This document shows positions 17,818 to 26,878 of a DNA stretch of 32,000 nucleotides, piece after piece (the stretch's first letter is position 1; every line of letters begins with the position of its first letter). This DNA is from an uncultured Erysipelotrichaceae bacterium (GTDB lineage: Bacteria > Bacillota_I > Bacilli_A > Erysipelotrichales > Erysipelotrichaceae): NCBI GenBank assembly GCA_964401865.1, contig CAYNZZ010000008.1, positions 1-32,000 on the forward strand, given 5' to 3'. The position numbers were made by a program, and so were the translations under genes. The notes under the pieces were generated by a model. The model saw only the letters and a program-made list of their open reading frames with translations, did not search any database and was not told where the DNA came from.

Positions 17818-18819
17818 TTAATACCAGTTTTCCATCGAATTTGCTGCTTTATATAAAGCGTAAATCAAATCATCAACTAAAATATCAAACTCAGAGATAT
17901 ATAAATCATCTTGAATGAGTTCAATAACTTCATCAACTTTTTTATTTAGAAGCGATTCTTCAAATTTTTCTAATTTAATGGCGTAATCAGATAAAACAGT
18001 CTTGTCATTTTCATCATTACTTTTTTCTAGCTTACTTCTAGTATCAAAACGACTGGTTAACACTTTGCCTTTATTATCAATTTCAGCATCTATTTCTACC
18101 TGATCACTAATTAGAGAAGTTACCTCATCATTTTCTGAAGCGGTCACAATGCCAAAATTAGAAATGACTTTAATACTGCCATTGCTTTCTTCACTAGCGT
18201 CAGCTAATTCATATCTAGTAACCGTGCCGACACCTACACCACGAACCGAAGTAATTCCTTTAGTGTTCAAAAATGCGCTCTCTATACTGTTATGACAATT
18301 ATCCAATTCAATGTTAGGGTAATCCTCGGGATTGACGCTATCAAAATATTTGGCTACCTCATCTTGATTTTTACCTTTAATCGCCTCTTGCAAGGTTAAG
18401 ACCTCAGTAAGATACTCATCGTCATATTCTCTTAAACTCAACCATTCAGCATCGCCTTTTTTAGTTCCGATTTTGCCTTCTTCACTAAACCAAATTCTAT
18501 TCTCTATCCTGTCAATATAACTGTAAACAATACGATTATCATTATTCAATAACACGACCGCAAACGAACTATTGACCAACAACTCTCCATCCTGCAATTT
18601 TCCTTCTTCGACACTTTTGGCGTCAAATGGTGAAACATAGGTCGAAATGCCAAAGCCAATCTGCATTGTATGTTCAGGTTCAATAGTTTCTGTCATATCA
18701 GTATTAGAAGGCACATTATTGTTTTCTTTGTTGTTATTTAAACTGTTTATATAAAATAAACTTATTACTACTAATATAAGAGCTGTTGCGAAGATAATTA
18801 TTTTATTATTCTTTTTCAA
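17818..18819 (-). CDS. Secreted/membrane-anchored protein of unknown function with an apparent internal domain duplication
   Basis: Start moved to TTG 18819, which has GGAGG 7 nt upstream. There is an N-terminal anchor. Two similar segments are visible: GFGISTYV…SFAVVLLNNDNRIVYSYIDRIE and GVGVGTVT…NFGIVTASENDEVTSLISDQVE. Confidence 0.55.
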   Translation of the reverse strand: MKKNNKIIIFATALILVVISLFYINSLNNNKENNNVPSNTDMTETIEPEHTMQIGFGISTYVSPFDAKSVEEGKLQDGELLVNSSFAVVLLNNDNRIVYSYIDRIENRIWFSEEGKIGTKKGDAEWLSLREYDDEYLTEVLTLQEAIKGKNQDEVAKYFDSVNPEDYPNIELDNCHNSIESAFLNTKGITSVRGVGVGTVTRYELADASEESNGSIKVISNFGIVTASENDEVTSLISDQVEIDAEIDNKGKVLTSRFDTRSKLEKSNDENDKTVLSDYAIKLEKFEESLLNKKVDEVIELIQDDLYISEFDILVDDLIYALYKAANSMENWY

Positions 18820-18881
18820 AATATCTCCTCCTAACAATCTAAATTATAACTTATCGATTAAATAATCACAAATCAAGCACT

Positions 18882-18904
18882 TAAAAAGGCGTTATTCACG
18901 CCTT
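18882..18904 (-). terminator. Rho-independent terminator after the BI-1 gene
   Basis: On the minus strand AAGGCG-TGAATAA-CGCCTT is followed by T5. The stem overlaps the stop codon. Confidence 0.55.
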
Positions 18905-19607
18905 AATCATTTCTGCTTTTACCAAATATTTGAAGGATACGAATAAACAAATTCAAGAAATCTAAATATAACTCAAACGCACCATAGATAATCATCTTTT
19001 CATTAAATTCCGGATTGTTTAAACCTTCTAAATATAATGTGCGCATCTTTTGCATATCCCAAGCAATAATGCCTAAGAATAAGATTACACCGAAGTAATT
19101 GATAAACATGTTTACACCATATGAGTGTATAAATAACGAGTTAACCATTGTTACTACAATAATAGCAATTAAACCAGCAAAGAATAAAGTACTAAACTTT
19201 GATAAATCAACTTTAGTTGTGTGTCCAATAATCGCCATACACACAAACATTAAAGCTGTCATTAAAATAGCGAATAGAATACTTCCTCCATCATACGCTA
19301 GAGGCAAAATGCTGAAAGTAATACCCATGGTTAACGAATAAATACCATAGCACACCCATGCACTGGTTTTTGACATCTTCTCTAGTCGAGCAGAAAAATA
19401 AATGCCTACTGCAAACTGAAGAATAATAATAACGAAATACACTCCATAGAATAGGTTCAAAAATCTTTCAATAAATAAGCTCATCACAAATGCCACGACC
19501 GAAGTAAGAACTAGACCGCCAAACACAGTAATGAACACTTTAGATAAGAACTGATTAAAAGTATTAGTTTCCGATATATTTTTTGAATAGTCTTTTAATT
19601 GAGTCAT
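18903..19607 (-). CDS. Bax inhibitor-1/YccA family membrane protein
   Basis: Start set to ATG 19607 (MTQLKDYSKNISETNTFNQFLSKVF…), preceded by GGAGGA. It has seven hydrophobic helices and a family-typical basic C-terminal end. Confidence 0.85.
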   Translation of the reverse strand: MTQLKDYSKNISETNTFNQFLSKVFITVFGGLVLTSVVAFVMSLFIERFLNLFYGVYFVIIILQFAVGIYFSARLEKMSKTSAWVCYGIYSLTMGITFSILPLAYDGGSILFAILMTALMFVCMAIIGHTTKVDLSKFSTLFFAGLIAIIVVTMVNSLFIHSYGVNMFINYFGVILFLGIIAWDMQKMRTLYLEGLNNPEFNEKMIIYGAFELYLDFLNLFIRILQIFGKSRND

Positions 19608-19620
19608 GTATTTTTCCTCC

Positions 19621-21312
19621 TTATAACAATGTATCATCAAAAGTCGAAAGTTCTTCAACCATCTTATCAACGACTTCTTTAACCACACCATCATCAAACG
19701 GTGACTTTAAATTAGCTTCTTTCACAAGCTCTAAGAATGATTTTGTTCCACCTAACGAACATAAATGCAAATAATCTTCCCAAGCCTCAGGATCTTCTTC
19801 TAACATGCGTTTAAAAAATTGAAGTGCACAAATTTGAGCTAAGGTGTAATCAATATAATAGAAAGGGCTTTGAAAGATATGATTTTGACGATAGAAGTAT
19901 CCGCCTTTCTCAAGTAAAGGATAGCCTGTATAGTCAGCTTCCGGCTTATATATCTTCTCCAATCTTCTAAATGTTGCCTTTCTTTCTTCTTTAGACATTT
20001 CTGGTTTTTCATATATTTCATGTTGAAAATGATCGACCAGACAACCATAAGGAACAAATGTCAAAGCACTGGCAATGTGATAGAACTTATATTTGTCACT
20101 ATCTTCCTTAAAAAAGTAATGAATCCAAGGATGAGCGAAGAATTCCATTGACATCGAATGAATTTCGCAACTTTCATAAGTTGGGAAACAAATATCAGGA
20201 ATATTCACAGATTTCATAGTTAAGTATGATTGAAAACCATGTCCTGCTTCATGCGTCAAAACATCAACATCACCTTGAGTACCATTGAAGTTTGAGAAGA
20301 TGAAAGGAACTTTATAATCAAAGAAATCAGTACAATAGCCACCCATTGCCTTATTAGGCTTAGTTTCAAGGTCGAACAATTCCATCTCACACATCATTTT
20401 AAAATAGTCGCCTGTCTCTTTAGACATTTCTTGATACATCTTCAAAGCACTGGCTACAAGTTCATCTTTATTACCTTTAGGTGTAGGATTGCCGGTTTTG
20501 AACTCATAATTTACATCGTAAGCCATCAATTTATCGACACCGATGCGTCTAGCTTGTCTAGCATATAAATCACTAGCTACCGGTACCATATCATCAACAA
20601 CTTGTTTACGATATTTTTTAACCATTTCTTTATCATAATCAAGACGATTCATTCTAAGATAACCTAGTTCAACGAAATTTTCATAGCCTAGTTTCTTAGC
20701 CATCTTGTCACGAACCTTGACTAATCTATCGAAAATGTCATCAAAATCATCTTCATGTTCATCATAAAACTTCATTGTTGCATCATAAGCTCTTTTTCTT
20801 GTATCACGATCAGGATCACACACCTTTGACGCAATAGAAGCAAGGTTATATATCTCACCATCAAATTCAATCTTAGCTGACGCTTTTAACTTAGCATATT
20901 CAGTCGAAAGACGATTTTCTTCTTGTAATTCCTCGATAATCTTTTCGTCAAAAGTCTTCTTCGCATTTTCTGCCAATTGGAAATATACATCTGGAATAGA
21001 CAACTCACTTCTAAATGGGCAGTTAAGCATAATATCAAAAAATTCATTTTCATATACTTGAAGTTTAGGGCTGGTATTATCCCAATAAGTATTTTCTTCA
21101 TCGTAATATTTATCGCTGGTATCGATAGTATGTCTTACATTACATATTGATATGTTAGTAAAGATATGTCCTCTAAACTCATTCATCTTATCAAAAGCAT
21201 TCATGAATTCTTGACAATTGTTCACTTTTCTAAGTTCATCAAGATGTTGATTATAAGTCTTTACTAAATCTTCATAATCTAAATGTTCATATTTAAAATC
21301 ATTAAATTTCAT
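19621..21312 (-). CDS. pepF: M3-family oligoendopeptidase (PepF-like)
   Basis: Zinc motif HEAGHGFQ, 563 aa and PepF-type overall similarity. RBS AGGAGG. Confidence 0.88.
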   Translation of the reverse strand: MKFNDFKYEHLDYEDLVKTYNQHLDELRKVNNCQEFMNAFDKMNEFRGHIFTNISICNVRHTIDTSDKYYDEENTYWDNTSPKLQVYENEFFDIMLNCPFRSELSIPDVYFQLAENAKKTFDEKIIEELQEENRLSTEYAKLKASAKIEFDGEIYNLASIASKVCDPDRDTRKRAYDATMKFYDEHEDDFDDIFDRLVKVRDKMAKKLGYENFVELGYLRMNRLDYDKEMVKKYRKQVVDDMVPVASDLYARQARRIGVDKLMAYDVNYEFKTGNPTPKGNKDELVASALKMYQEMSKETGDYFKMMCEMELFDLETKPNKAMGGYCTDFFDYKVPFIFSNFNGTQGDVDVLTHEAGHGFQSYLTMKSVNIPDICFPTYESCEIHSMSMEFFAHPWIHYFFKEDSDKYKFYHIASALTFVPYGCLVDHFQHEIYEKPEMSKEERKATFRRLEKIYKPEADYTGYPLLEKGGYFYRQNHIFQSPFYYIDYTLAQICALQFFKRMLEEDPEAWEDYLHLCSLGGTKSFLELVKEANLKSPFDDGVVKEVVDKMVEELSTFDDTLL

Positions 21313-22006
21313 CTTTGCCTCCTAAAAGTTTTAAAAATACAATATTCGCTATTTTTAAACCGACACTTCCAACGGTAAAAATGGCTGAACCAAGCGGATA
21401 TTTCTCAAATGGTTCTTCTTTCATTTTACTCTCTTCTATATCGCTATCACAATAAACCACTTCTATTTTTTTACGATAGCCCTCTTTTTTTACCAAATTA
21501 CGATATTTCCTAGCCAATGGATCATTACTGGTTTTATCCAAAGTTGTATAAACGCAATTTTTGATTTTAAGTCTTCTGGCTGTGCCCATAGAAGCGATAA
21601 AAGGAATATTTTTCGCATGAGCTTTTTTAGCCAGACTGAACTTTGAATTTAAAGTATCAATGCAATCGATCAAATAATCGAGCTTAGGTAATTCAAACTC
21701 TTCATCAATAAAAGAGTCAATGATTTCAATCTCCGCATCACTTACCGCTTCTAAACGTTTTTTTAATACTTCAGTTTTCTTTTTACCGATATTAGTTTTA
21801 TCACTCATAAGTTGGCGATTGAGATTAGACGCGTCAACAATATCGAAATCCACTAAAATAATATGCCCGATACCGCTTCTCGCTAAAGCTTCTGAGACAA
21901 ATGAACCGACACCGCCGCACCCACAAATCATTACTCTTTTATCTTTTAAAGAAGCGATTTTATCTTCCCCAATTAAATAAGCTAATCGATTTAGTTTGTT
22001 ATCCAT
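21302..22006 (-). CDS. tcdA: tRNA threonylcarbamoyladenosine dehydratase (ThiF/MoeB-fold, TcdA/CsdL-like)
   Basis: KRVMICGCGGVGSFVSEALARSGIGHIILVDFDIVDASNLNRQ is the Rossmann/ThiF signature. It is 234 aa and overlaps both the miaA and pepF genes. Confidence 0.75.
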   Translation of the reverse strand: MDNKLNRLAYLIGEDKIASLKDKRVMICGCGGVGSFVSEALARSGIGHIILVDFDIVDASNLNRQLMSDKTNIGKKKTEVLKKRLEAVSDAEIEIIDSFIDEEFELPKLDYLIDCIDTLNSKFSLAKKAHAKNIPFIASMGTARRLKIKNCVYTTLDKTSNDPLARKYRNLVKKEGYRKKIEVVYCDSDIEESKMKEEPFEKYPLGSAIFTVGSVGLKIANIVFLKLLGGKDEI

Positions 22007-22884
22007 TTTTCTACCTCATCTATCGCTTCTTTAGTTCTGTCACTGTTAAACCATTTGATTGCAGTTTGATTATTGAACCATGTATATTGCCTTTTAGCAA
22101 ATCTTCTGGAATTGCGTTTAATTTCTTCTGTCACTTCTTCAAGCGATTTATTATTTTCGAAATATGGTTTAAATTCCTTATAACCGATGCCTTGCATCGC
22201 TTGATTTTCAAAAGTTATACCCCTGTCGAGCAAACCTTTAACTTCTTCTGGCAGTCCATCAGCAATCATCTTATCGACACGCATATCAATTCTTTTATAT
22301 AACTTATCTCGATCCAAAGTTAAGCCAATGATTTTAGCATCATATAAAGGTTCATGTTTTTGGCTATCGATATTATCAGAAAACTTAATATGATGTTTCT
22401 CGATAACATTTAAAGCTCTAACTAATCTCTTTCGGTTGTTGACATGAATCTTTTCAAGACATTTAGGATCCTTAAGTTTTAATATTTCGTAAATTTCTTC
22501 ATTAGTATATTCATCATAAGGATAATCTTTTTCTTCTTCATCCATAAAGACATAGTCATACAAACATGCCTTGATATATAAACCAGTACCTCCAACAATA
22601 ATCGGAAGTTTTCCTTTAGCGCTTATCGCTTTGATAAGCTTTCTAGCTAAAGTTTGAAACTCTTTAACACTGTATGTTTCATCAGGATTTTTTATATCGA
22701 TTAAATGATGGGTAATGCCCTCACTCTCTTCGCGAGTAATCTTAGCACTGCCAATATTTAACCCTCTATATATCTGAATGGAATCACCAGAAATAATTTC
22801 TCCATTAAAAAGTTTTGCACATTCAATGCCAAATGAACTCTTGCCAACCGCTGTTGGACCTTCGATAACCAATACTTTTTGCAT
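21991..22884 (-). CDS. miaA: tRNA dimethylallyltransferase MiaA
   Basis: P-loop GPTAVGKS, then GEIISGDSIQIYRGLNIGSAKIT and IIVGGTGLYI. Confidence 0.93.
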   Translation of the reverse strand: MQKVLVIEGPTAVGKSSFGIECAKLFNGEIISGDSIQIYRGLNIGSAKITREESEGITHHLIDIKNPDETYSVKEFQTLARKLIKAISAKGKLPIIVGGTGLYIKACLYDYVFMDEEEKDYPYDEYTNEEIYEILKLKDPKCLEKIHVNNRKRLVRALNVIEKHHIKFSDNIDSQKHEPLYDAKIIGLTLDRDKLYKRIDMRVDKMIADGLPEEVKGLLDRGITFENQAMQGIGYKEFKPYFENNKSLEEVTEEIKRNSRRFAKRQYTWFNNQTAIKWFNSDRTKEAIDEVEKWITN

Positions 22885-22909
22885 AATCTAATTATATAAA
22901 AAAGCGGCT

Positions 22910-23560
22910 CTAATAGCCACTTGCATACTCGAAGATGTCCTTGTTGTTAAAAGTTACAGTTTCGATTTCGACGAAAGTAACATAATCATCTCGTTTCTCA
23001 TCGCTAACTTTTTCAACTTTCTCAATATTTCCTTTAAATAACGAATAGTTATTATAATTACCAGATAAGACTAAGCCATTACCATAAACACCAAAATAAT
23101 CTCCAGCAACATTTTTATCAATAACGAACTCAATCACGCTGCCATCGCTATAATGGGAACATCCGCCATCAGTATCAACATCGGCCTTCTCTTCGATTTT
23201 TACCAAAGGAAGCACTATCCCACTATCTAAAGTAAAATAATACCGATCACCAATTACCCCATAGTATGAACCCAATGCCACACCGATAAAACCATCTTCA
23301 TCAACTAAGAAACCAGTTTCTTCGTCAAGAATCATATTATCTCTTATGTATTTATATTGTGTTGAATTTCGATCGGTAATAGCTCGATAATCCATATATG
23401 TCTTGGTTTTATTTACCGAGCAGACACCAACTTCTTCAGCGACATATTCCTTTTGATAATCTTGCAAACTGTCAATAGAAAAGTCTATTTTCACATCTTT
23501 AAAAGCCGACAAAGTTACAATAAATAACATTGCCAACAGTAATATAACTATCTTTTTCAT
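22910..23560 (-). CDS. Secreted protein of unknown function
   Basis: Signal peptide MKKIVILLLAMLFIVTLSAF from ATG 23560. No clear SD is present, and TTG 23578 is an alternative start. The conserved-looking YMDYRAITDRNSTQYKY…DGSVIEFVID core is seen in uncharacterised Firmicute exoproteins. Confidence 0.55.
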   Translation of the reverse strand: MKKIVILLLAMLFIVTLSAFKDVKIDFSIDSLQDYQKEYVAEEVGVCSVNKTKTYMDYRAITDRNSTQYKYIRDNMILDEETGFLVDEDGFIGVALGSYYGVIGDRYYFTLDSGIVLPLVKIEEKADVDTDGGCSHYSDGSVIEFVIDKNVAGDYFGVYGNGLVLSGNYNNYSLFKGNIEKVEKVSDEKRDDYVTFVEIETVTFNNKDIFEYASGY

Positions 23561-23646
23561 ACTTGAACATTTTAACAAATTTCAATTCTTATTGCAATAA
23601 AATCATACTAGTATTATTTCCTAGGCAACTTTTTAAGTGAAAAAAA

Positions 23647-23675
23647 TTTACATTCTAACCAAAAACTAATATAAT
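23647..23675 (+). promoter_or_regulatory. Sigma-A-type promoter
   Basis: TTTACA (23647-23652), a 17-nt spacer, then TATAAT (23670-23675). It lies 30 nt upstream of ATG 23706. Confidence 0.6.
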
Positions 23676-23705
23676 TGTGAACATGCTTTAAACAAAGGAG
23701 AAGAT

Positions 23706-24494
23706 ATGAAAAGATTTCATGTATTGTCGGCTCTTGTTTGCTTAATGTTAATTGCATTTACCAATAGCATTCTAGCCGAAGATCGTAAAGACGATTCTGT
23801 CAAACCTGATACCCAAGCACCTGTGATCACTATCAAAAACGAAGATGATACGATCCAAATCGTTCAGGGAAATGAATTTGATTTAAGAGACTATATCGCA
23901 ATCAGTGATAATTCTAACGAATTTCATTTAATAAGTTATGGAAGTGTTGATGTTGATATCATCGATGAATACTCAGTTAATCTTCTAGCTGTCGATGCCG
24001 GTGGAAATACCGCCAAAAAGACTGTTACTGTAAAAGTAATCAGCCAAGAAGAAATGGATACAATCATTGAAGAAGAAAAAGAACGTCTGCATCAAGAAGA
24101 ATTAGCTCGCCAGCAAGCACGTGAGGCAGCAAATAAACAAGCTGAAGAAAAAATGAGTAGTGAATTAAATGACATTACTTCTGGATCAGCATATGATTTA
24201 GCATTAAACTACATCGGTATGGGTGGCTGGTGTACTGATGTCGCTCAGGCGTTCATCAACGAATATTTAGGAAGTGGCTATAATATATTTGATACATATA
24301 GTGTTTCAGCTTCCGAGGCACAGCCTGGTGACATTATCTATTACAGTAATTCTGGTTTAGGAACACAACACTATGCCGTATATCTAGGTGGCGAAAGTGC
24401 CTTGCACGGTAATTTCAATGGCACAACTGTTATTAGAAGTGTCTATTTGAAAAACGGAAGTGAGCCTCAATTCTTACGTTTAAATGGCAGATAA
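23706..24494 (+). CDS. Secreted protein: Ig-like (DUF5011-type) domain, coiled linker and C-terminal CHAP/NlpC-P60-like cysteine peptidase domain
   Basis: Signal peptide. The DTQAPVITIKNEDDTIQIVQGNEFDLRDYI…LLAVDAGGNTAKKTVTVKV segment is Ig-like. The linker is EEKERLHQEELARQQAREAANKQAEE. The candidate catalytic Cys is in GMGGWCTDVAQ and the candidate His in TQHYAVYLG. Confidence 0.65.
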   Translation: MKRFHVLSALVCLMLIAFTNSILAEDRKDDSVKPDTQAPVITIKNEDDTIQIVQGNEFDLRDYIAISDNSNEFHLISYGSVDVDIIDEYSVNLLAVDAGGNTAKKTVTVKVISQEEMDTIIEEEKERLHQEELARQQAREAANKQAEEKMSSELNDITSGSAYDLALNYIGMGGWCTDVAQAFINEYLGSGYNIFDTYSVSASEAQPGDIIYYSNSGLGTQHYAVYLGGESALHGNFNGTTVIRSVYLKNGSEPQFLRLNGR

Positions 24495-24536
24495 TCTAAA
24501 ACTTTATAAAAAAGTTTCAGACAAAAGAAATAGCAC

Positions 24537-24573
24537 AAAAAAGGCTTTTACGGCAATTGTAAAGGCCTTTTTA
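24537..24573 (+). terminator. Rho-independent terminator
   Basis: An 11-bp stem AAGGCTTTTAC / GTAAAGGCCTT (one G-U pair) followed by a T-run. Confidence 0.7.
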
Positions 24574-24908
24574 TTATAGTATATTCAGCAAAGCCTAATC
24601 CGAAGACGCATATTGTAAACAAAAAATAATTTTAAATCCTTTGCAATTCTTTCTTGTCCGTATTCATTCTGTCTTTAATTCATCTATGTTAAGACAATTG
24701 AAATAATAAACAGCATAAATGAGAAACTAGAGAAAAGATTATTTTATTATGGCCTTTTATGCATACCTAATATAAATAGATATAGTACACCGCAAAAGGG
24801 ATAATCAATCTAAAATACATTTAAAATACTTAGCTAATCTACACAATTTATCGTTTTTATTTATGTTAAATAATGCTAAAATACTTTTGACACGAAAGGA
24901 AAACAATA

Positions 24909-26549
24909 ATGACTTATTTAGATATTAATTGGGGAATGTTCTTAGGCGGACTAGGGTTGTTCTTATTTGGTATCGTCATCATGGGCGATGGTTTAAAATC
25001 ATTCGCTGGCGATAAGCTGAGAGATTACATTGATAAATACACTTCTAAAACTTGGAAAGGGATTTTAATCGGCGCAATATCTACCGCTATAATTCAGTCA
25101 TCTTCCGCAACTACTGCCATTACAATCGGCTTTGTTAGAGCGGGATTGATGACACTCGAACAAGCTGCTGGAATCATCATTGGTGCCAATATTGGTACAA
25201 CAATGACTGCCTTTTTAATCGGTTTAAATGTCGAGGGATTATCTGTTTACTTTATTTTTGTCGGTGCATTGATACTGCTATTCAGTAAAAAGACCAAGAC
25301 ACAAGATTTAGGACATATCATCGCAGGTTTTGGTATCTTATTCTTTGGTATCAGTATTATTGGTGATACTTTAATCAATTTAAAAGATGTTCAGGAATTT
25401 CAAGAATTCGCTCAGTTATGTACTACTAATCCATTCATCGGTCTGATTGGCGGTATCGTCATGACAACCGCCATGCAATCGTCATCAGCATCTATCGGTG
25501 TTATCCAAATTATATATGAAACTGGAGCTATTCCATTTATCGCCATTATTCCATTTTTATATGGTTCAAATATTGGTACATGTATTACAGCTATTATGGC
25601 TTCAATGGGTGGTAATCCATCCTCGAAAAGAGCCGCTGTTTTACACTTAGGCTTCAATGTTATCGGTGCTATTATAGGTATGATATGCATCACTCCACTA
25701 AATAGCATGATGACATCAATTGTAAGTGCAACCGATATACAACCGATGATGCAAATTGCCTTAGTACATATCATATTTAACATTTCAACCGCCATTATTG
25801 TATCTCCGTTCATCAAATACATTTGTATGCTTATCCGTAAAATTGTGCCGGGAGATGAGCCGAAGAAATTATCTGTCAATATCGATGAACTAGATGCTTC
25901 AAACTTCCCTGTAGCTTCTGCAGCTTTAACAGTTGCTGAGCGTTCAATAACAGAGATGAAGGAAATTGTCGAAATCAATCTTAAAAAGGTTCAAGAATAC
26001 ATCGCCAAAGATGATTATGACGCCGATGCTTTTGATGAAATCAACAACAATGAAAACTTAATTGATAAATTAGATAACTCTATTTCTTCGTTCTTGACTC
26101 AATTAACAATCGATCATATGTCTGATGATTCGGTTAAAACCAACTCTCTTTACCTAGAAATAGTTAAAAACTTAGAAAGAATAGGCGACTTAAGTATGAA
26201 TGTTGCTGAATTTGCCCAAATGGTGCAGGAAGACAAAGGCAGCTTCTCTCATAAGGCACATAATGAGTTAAATGAAATGTTCGATAATTTATTTTTGATG
26301 TTGGATCAAACATTCAAATATGTTGAAACCAATGATATTCGATGGTATGAATCGGTGATGACAATCGAGGCCAACCTAGACACTCAAGAATATATGGCTA
26401 GAAAGAATCATTTTATTCGTTTAGTGTCTAAGGAGTGTATTGGCGGTGTCGCATCGAGTATTTATGCCGATGTATTAGGAAACTTAGAAAGAATAGGCGA
26501 CCACTGCTGTAATATTTCAAGGCACGCCTTCGAGGCCCATAATGACTAA
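24909..26549 (+). CDS. Na/Pi cotransporter family protein with C-terminal PhoU-like domain
   Basis: Duplicated Na_Pi_cotrans segments (QSSSATTAITIGF… and QSSSASIGVIQI…) and a C-terminal LERIGD…LERIGDH PhoU-type repeat. Confidence 0.9.
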   Translation: MTYLDINWGMFLGGLGLFLFGIVIMGDGLKSFAGDKLRDYIDKYTSKTWKGILIGAISTAIIQSSSATTAITIGFVRAGLMTLEQAAGIIIGANIGTTMTAFLIGLNVEGLSVYFIFVGALILLFSKKTKTQDLGHIIAGFGILFFGISIIGDTLINLKDVQEFQEFAQLCTTNPFIGLIGGIVMTTAMQSSSASIGVIQIIYETGAIPFIAIIPFLYGSNIGTCITAIMASMGGNPSSKRAAVLHLGFNVIGAIIGMICITPLNSMMTSIVSATDIQPMMQIALVHIIFNISTAIIVSPFIKYICMLIRKIVPGDEPKKLSVNIDELDASNFPVASAALTVAERSITEMKEIVEINLKKVQEYIAKDDYDADAFDEINNNENLIDKLDNSISSFLTQLTIDHMSDDSVKTNSLYLEIVKNLERIGDLSMNVAEFAQMVQEDKGSFSHKAHNELNEMFDNLFLMLDQTFKYVETNDIRWYESVMTIEANLDTQEYMARKNHFIRLVSKECIGGVASSIYADVLGNLERIGDHCCNISRHAFEAHND

Positions 26550-26802
26550 ATATATTGACGCTTGTATTGAAGTGCTTGAAAGATTAAATCTGTCTGGTGA
26601 CACTTCGTTAATGGATGAAGAATTACAAAATGATGTAATTGAAAGCTTTGTTAGAACTGGATATTTAAACATCGTTGAATTAAACGCACGACCAGTTATT
26701 GTATATAAAGATGAAAAAAAATCATTATATATGTTTGCCGACAGTTTTAAAGAGATAAACGATGAAGAAATTAAACAATTAAATTCCGATATAACCGTAT
26801 AA
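26542..26802 (+). CDS. Hypothetical acidic protein (86 aa)
   Basis: Its ATG overlaps the end of the Na/Pi transporter gene by 8 nt. The composition is protein-like, unlike the antisense ORF. It is followed by a terminator. Confidence 0.5.
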   Translation: MTKYIDACIEVLERLNLSGDTSLMDEELQNDVIESFVRTGYLNIVELNARPVIVYKDEKKSLYMFADSFKEINDEEIKQLNSDITV

Positions 26803-26812
26803 TACAATGTTA

Positions 26813-26845
26813 TAAATCATTGCTTGAAGCAATGATTTATTTTTT
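26813..26845 (+). terminator. Rho-independent terminator
   Basis: Stem AAATCATTGCTT / AAGCAATGATTT followed by a T-run. Confidence 0.7.
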
Positions 26846-26878
26846 AAATAATTATTTTGTAAGGAGGCATTAATTATT

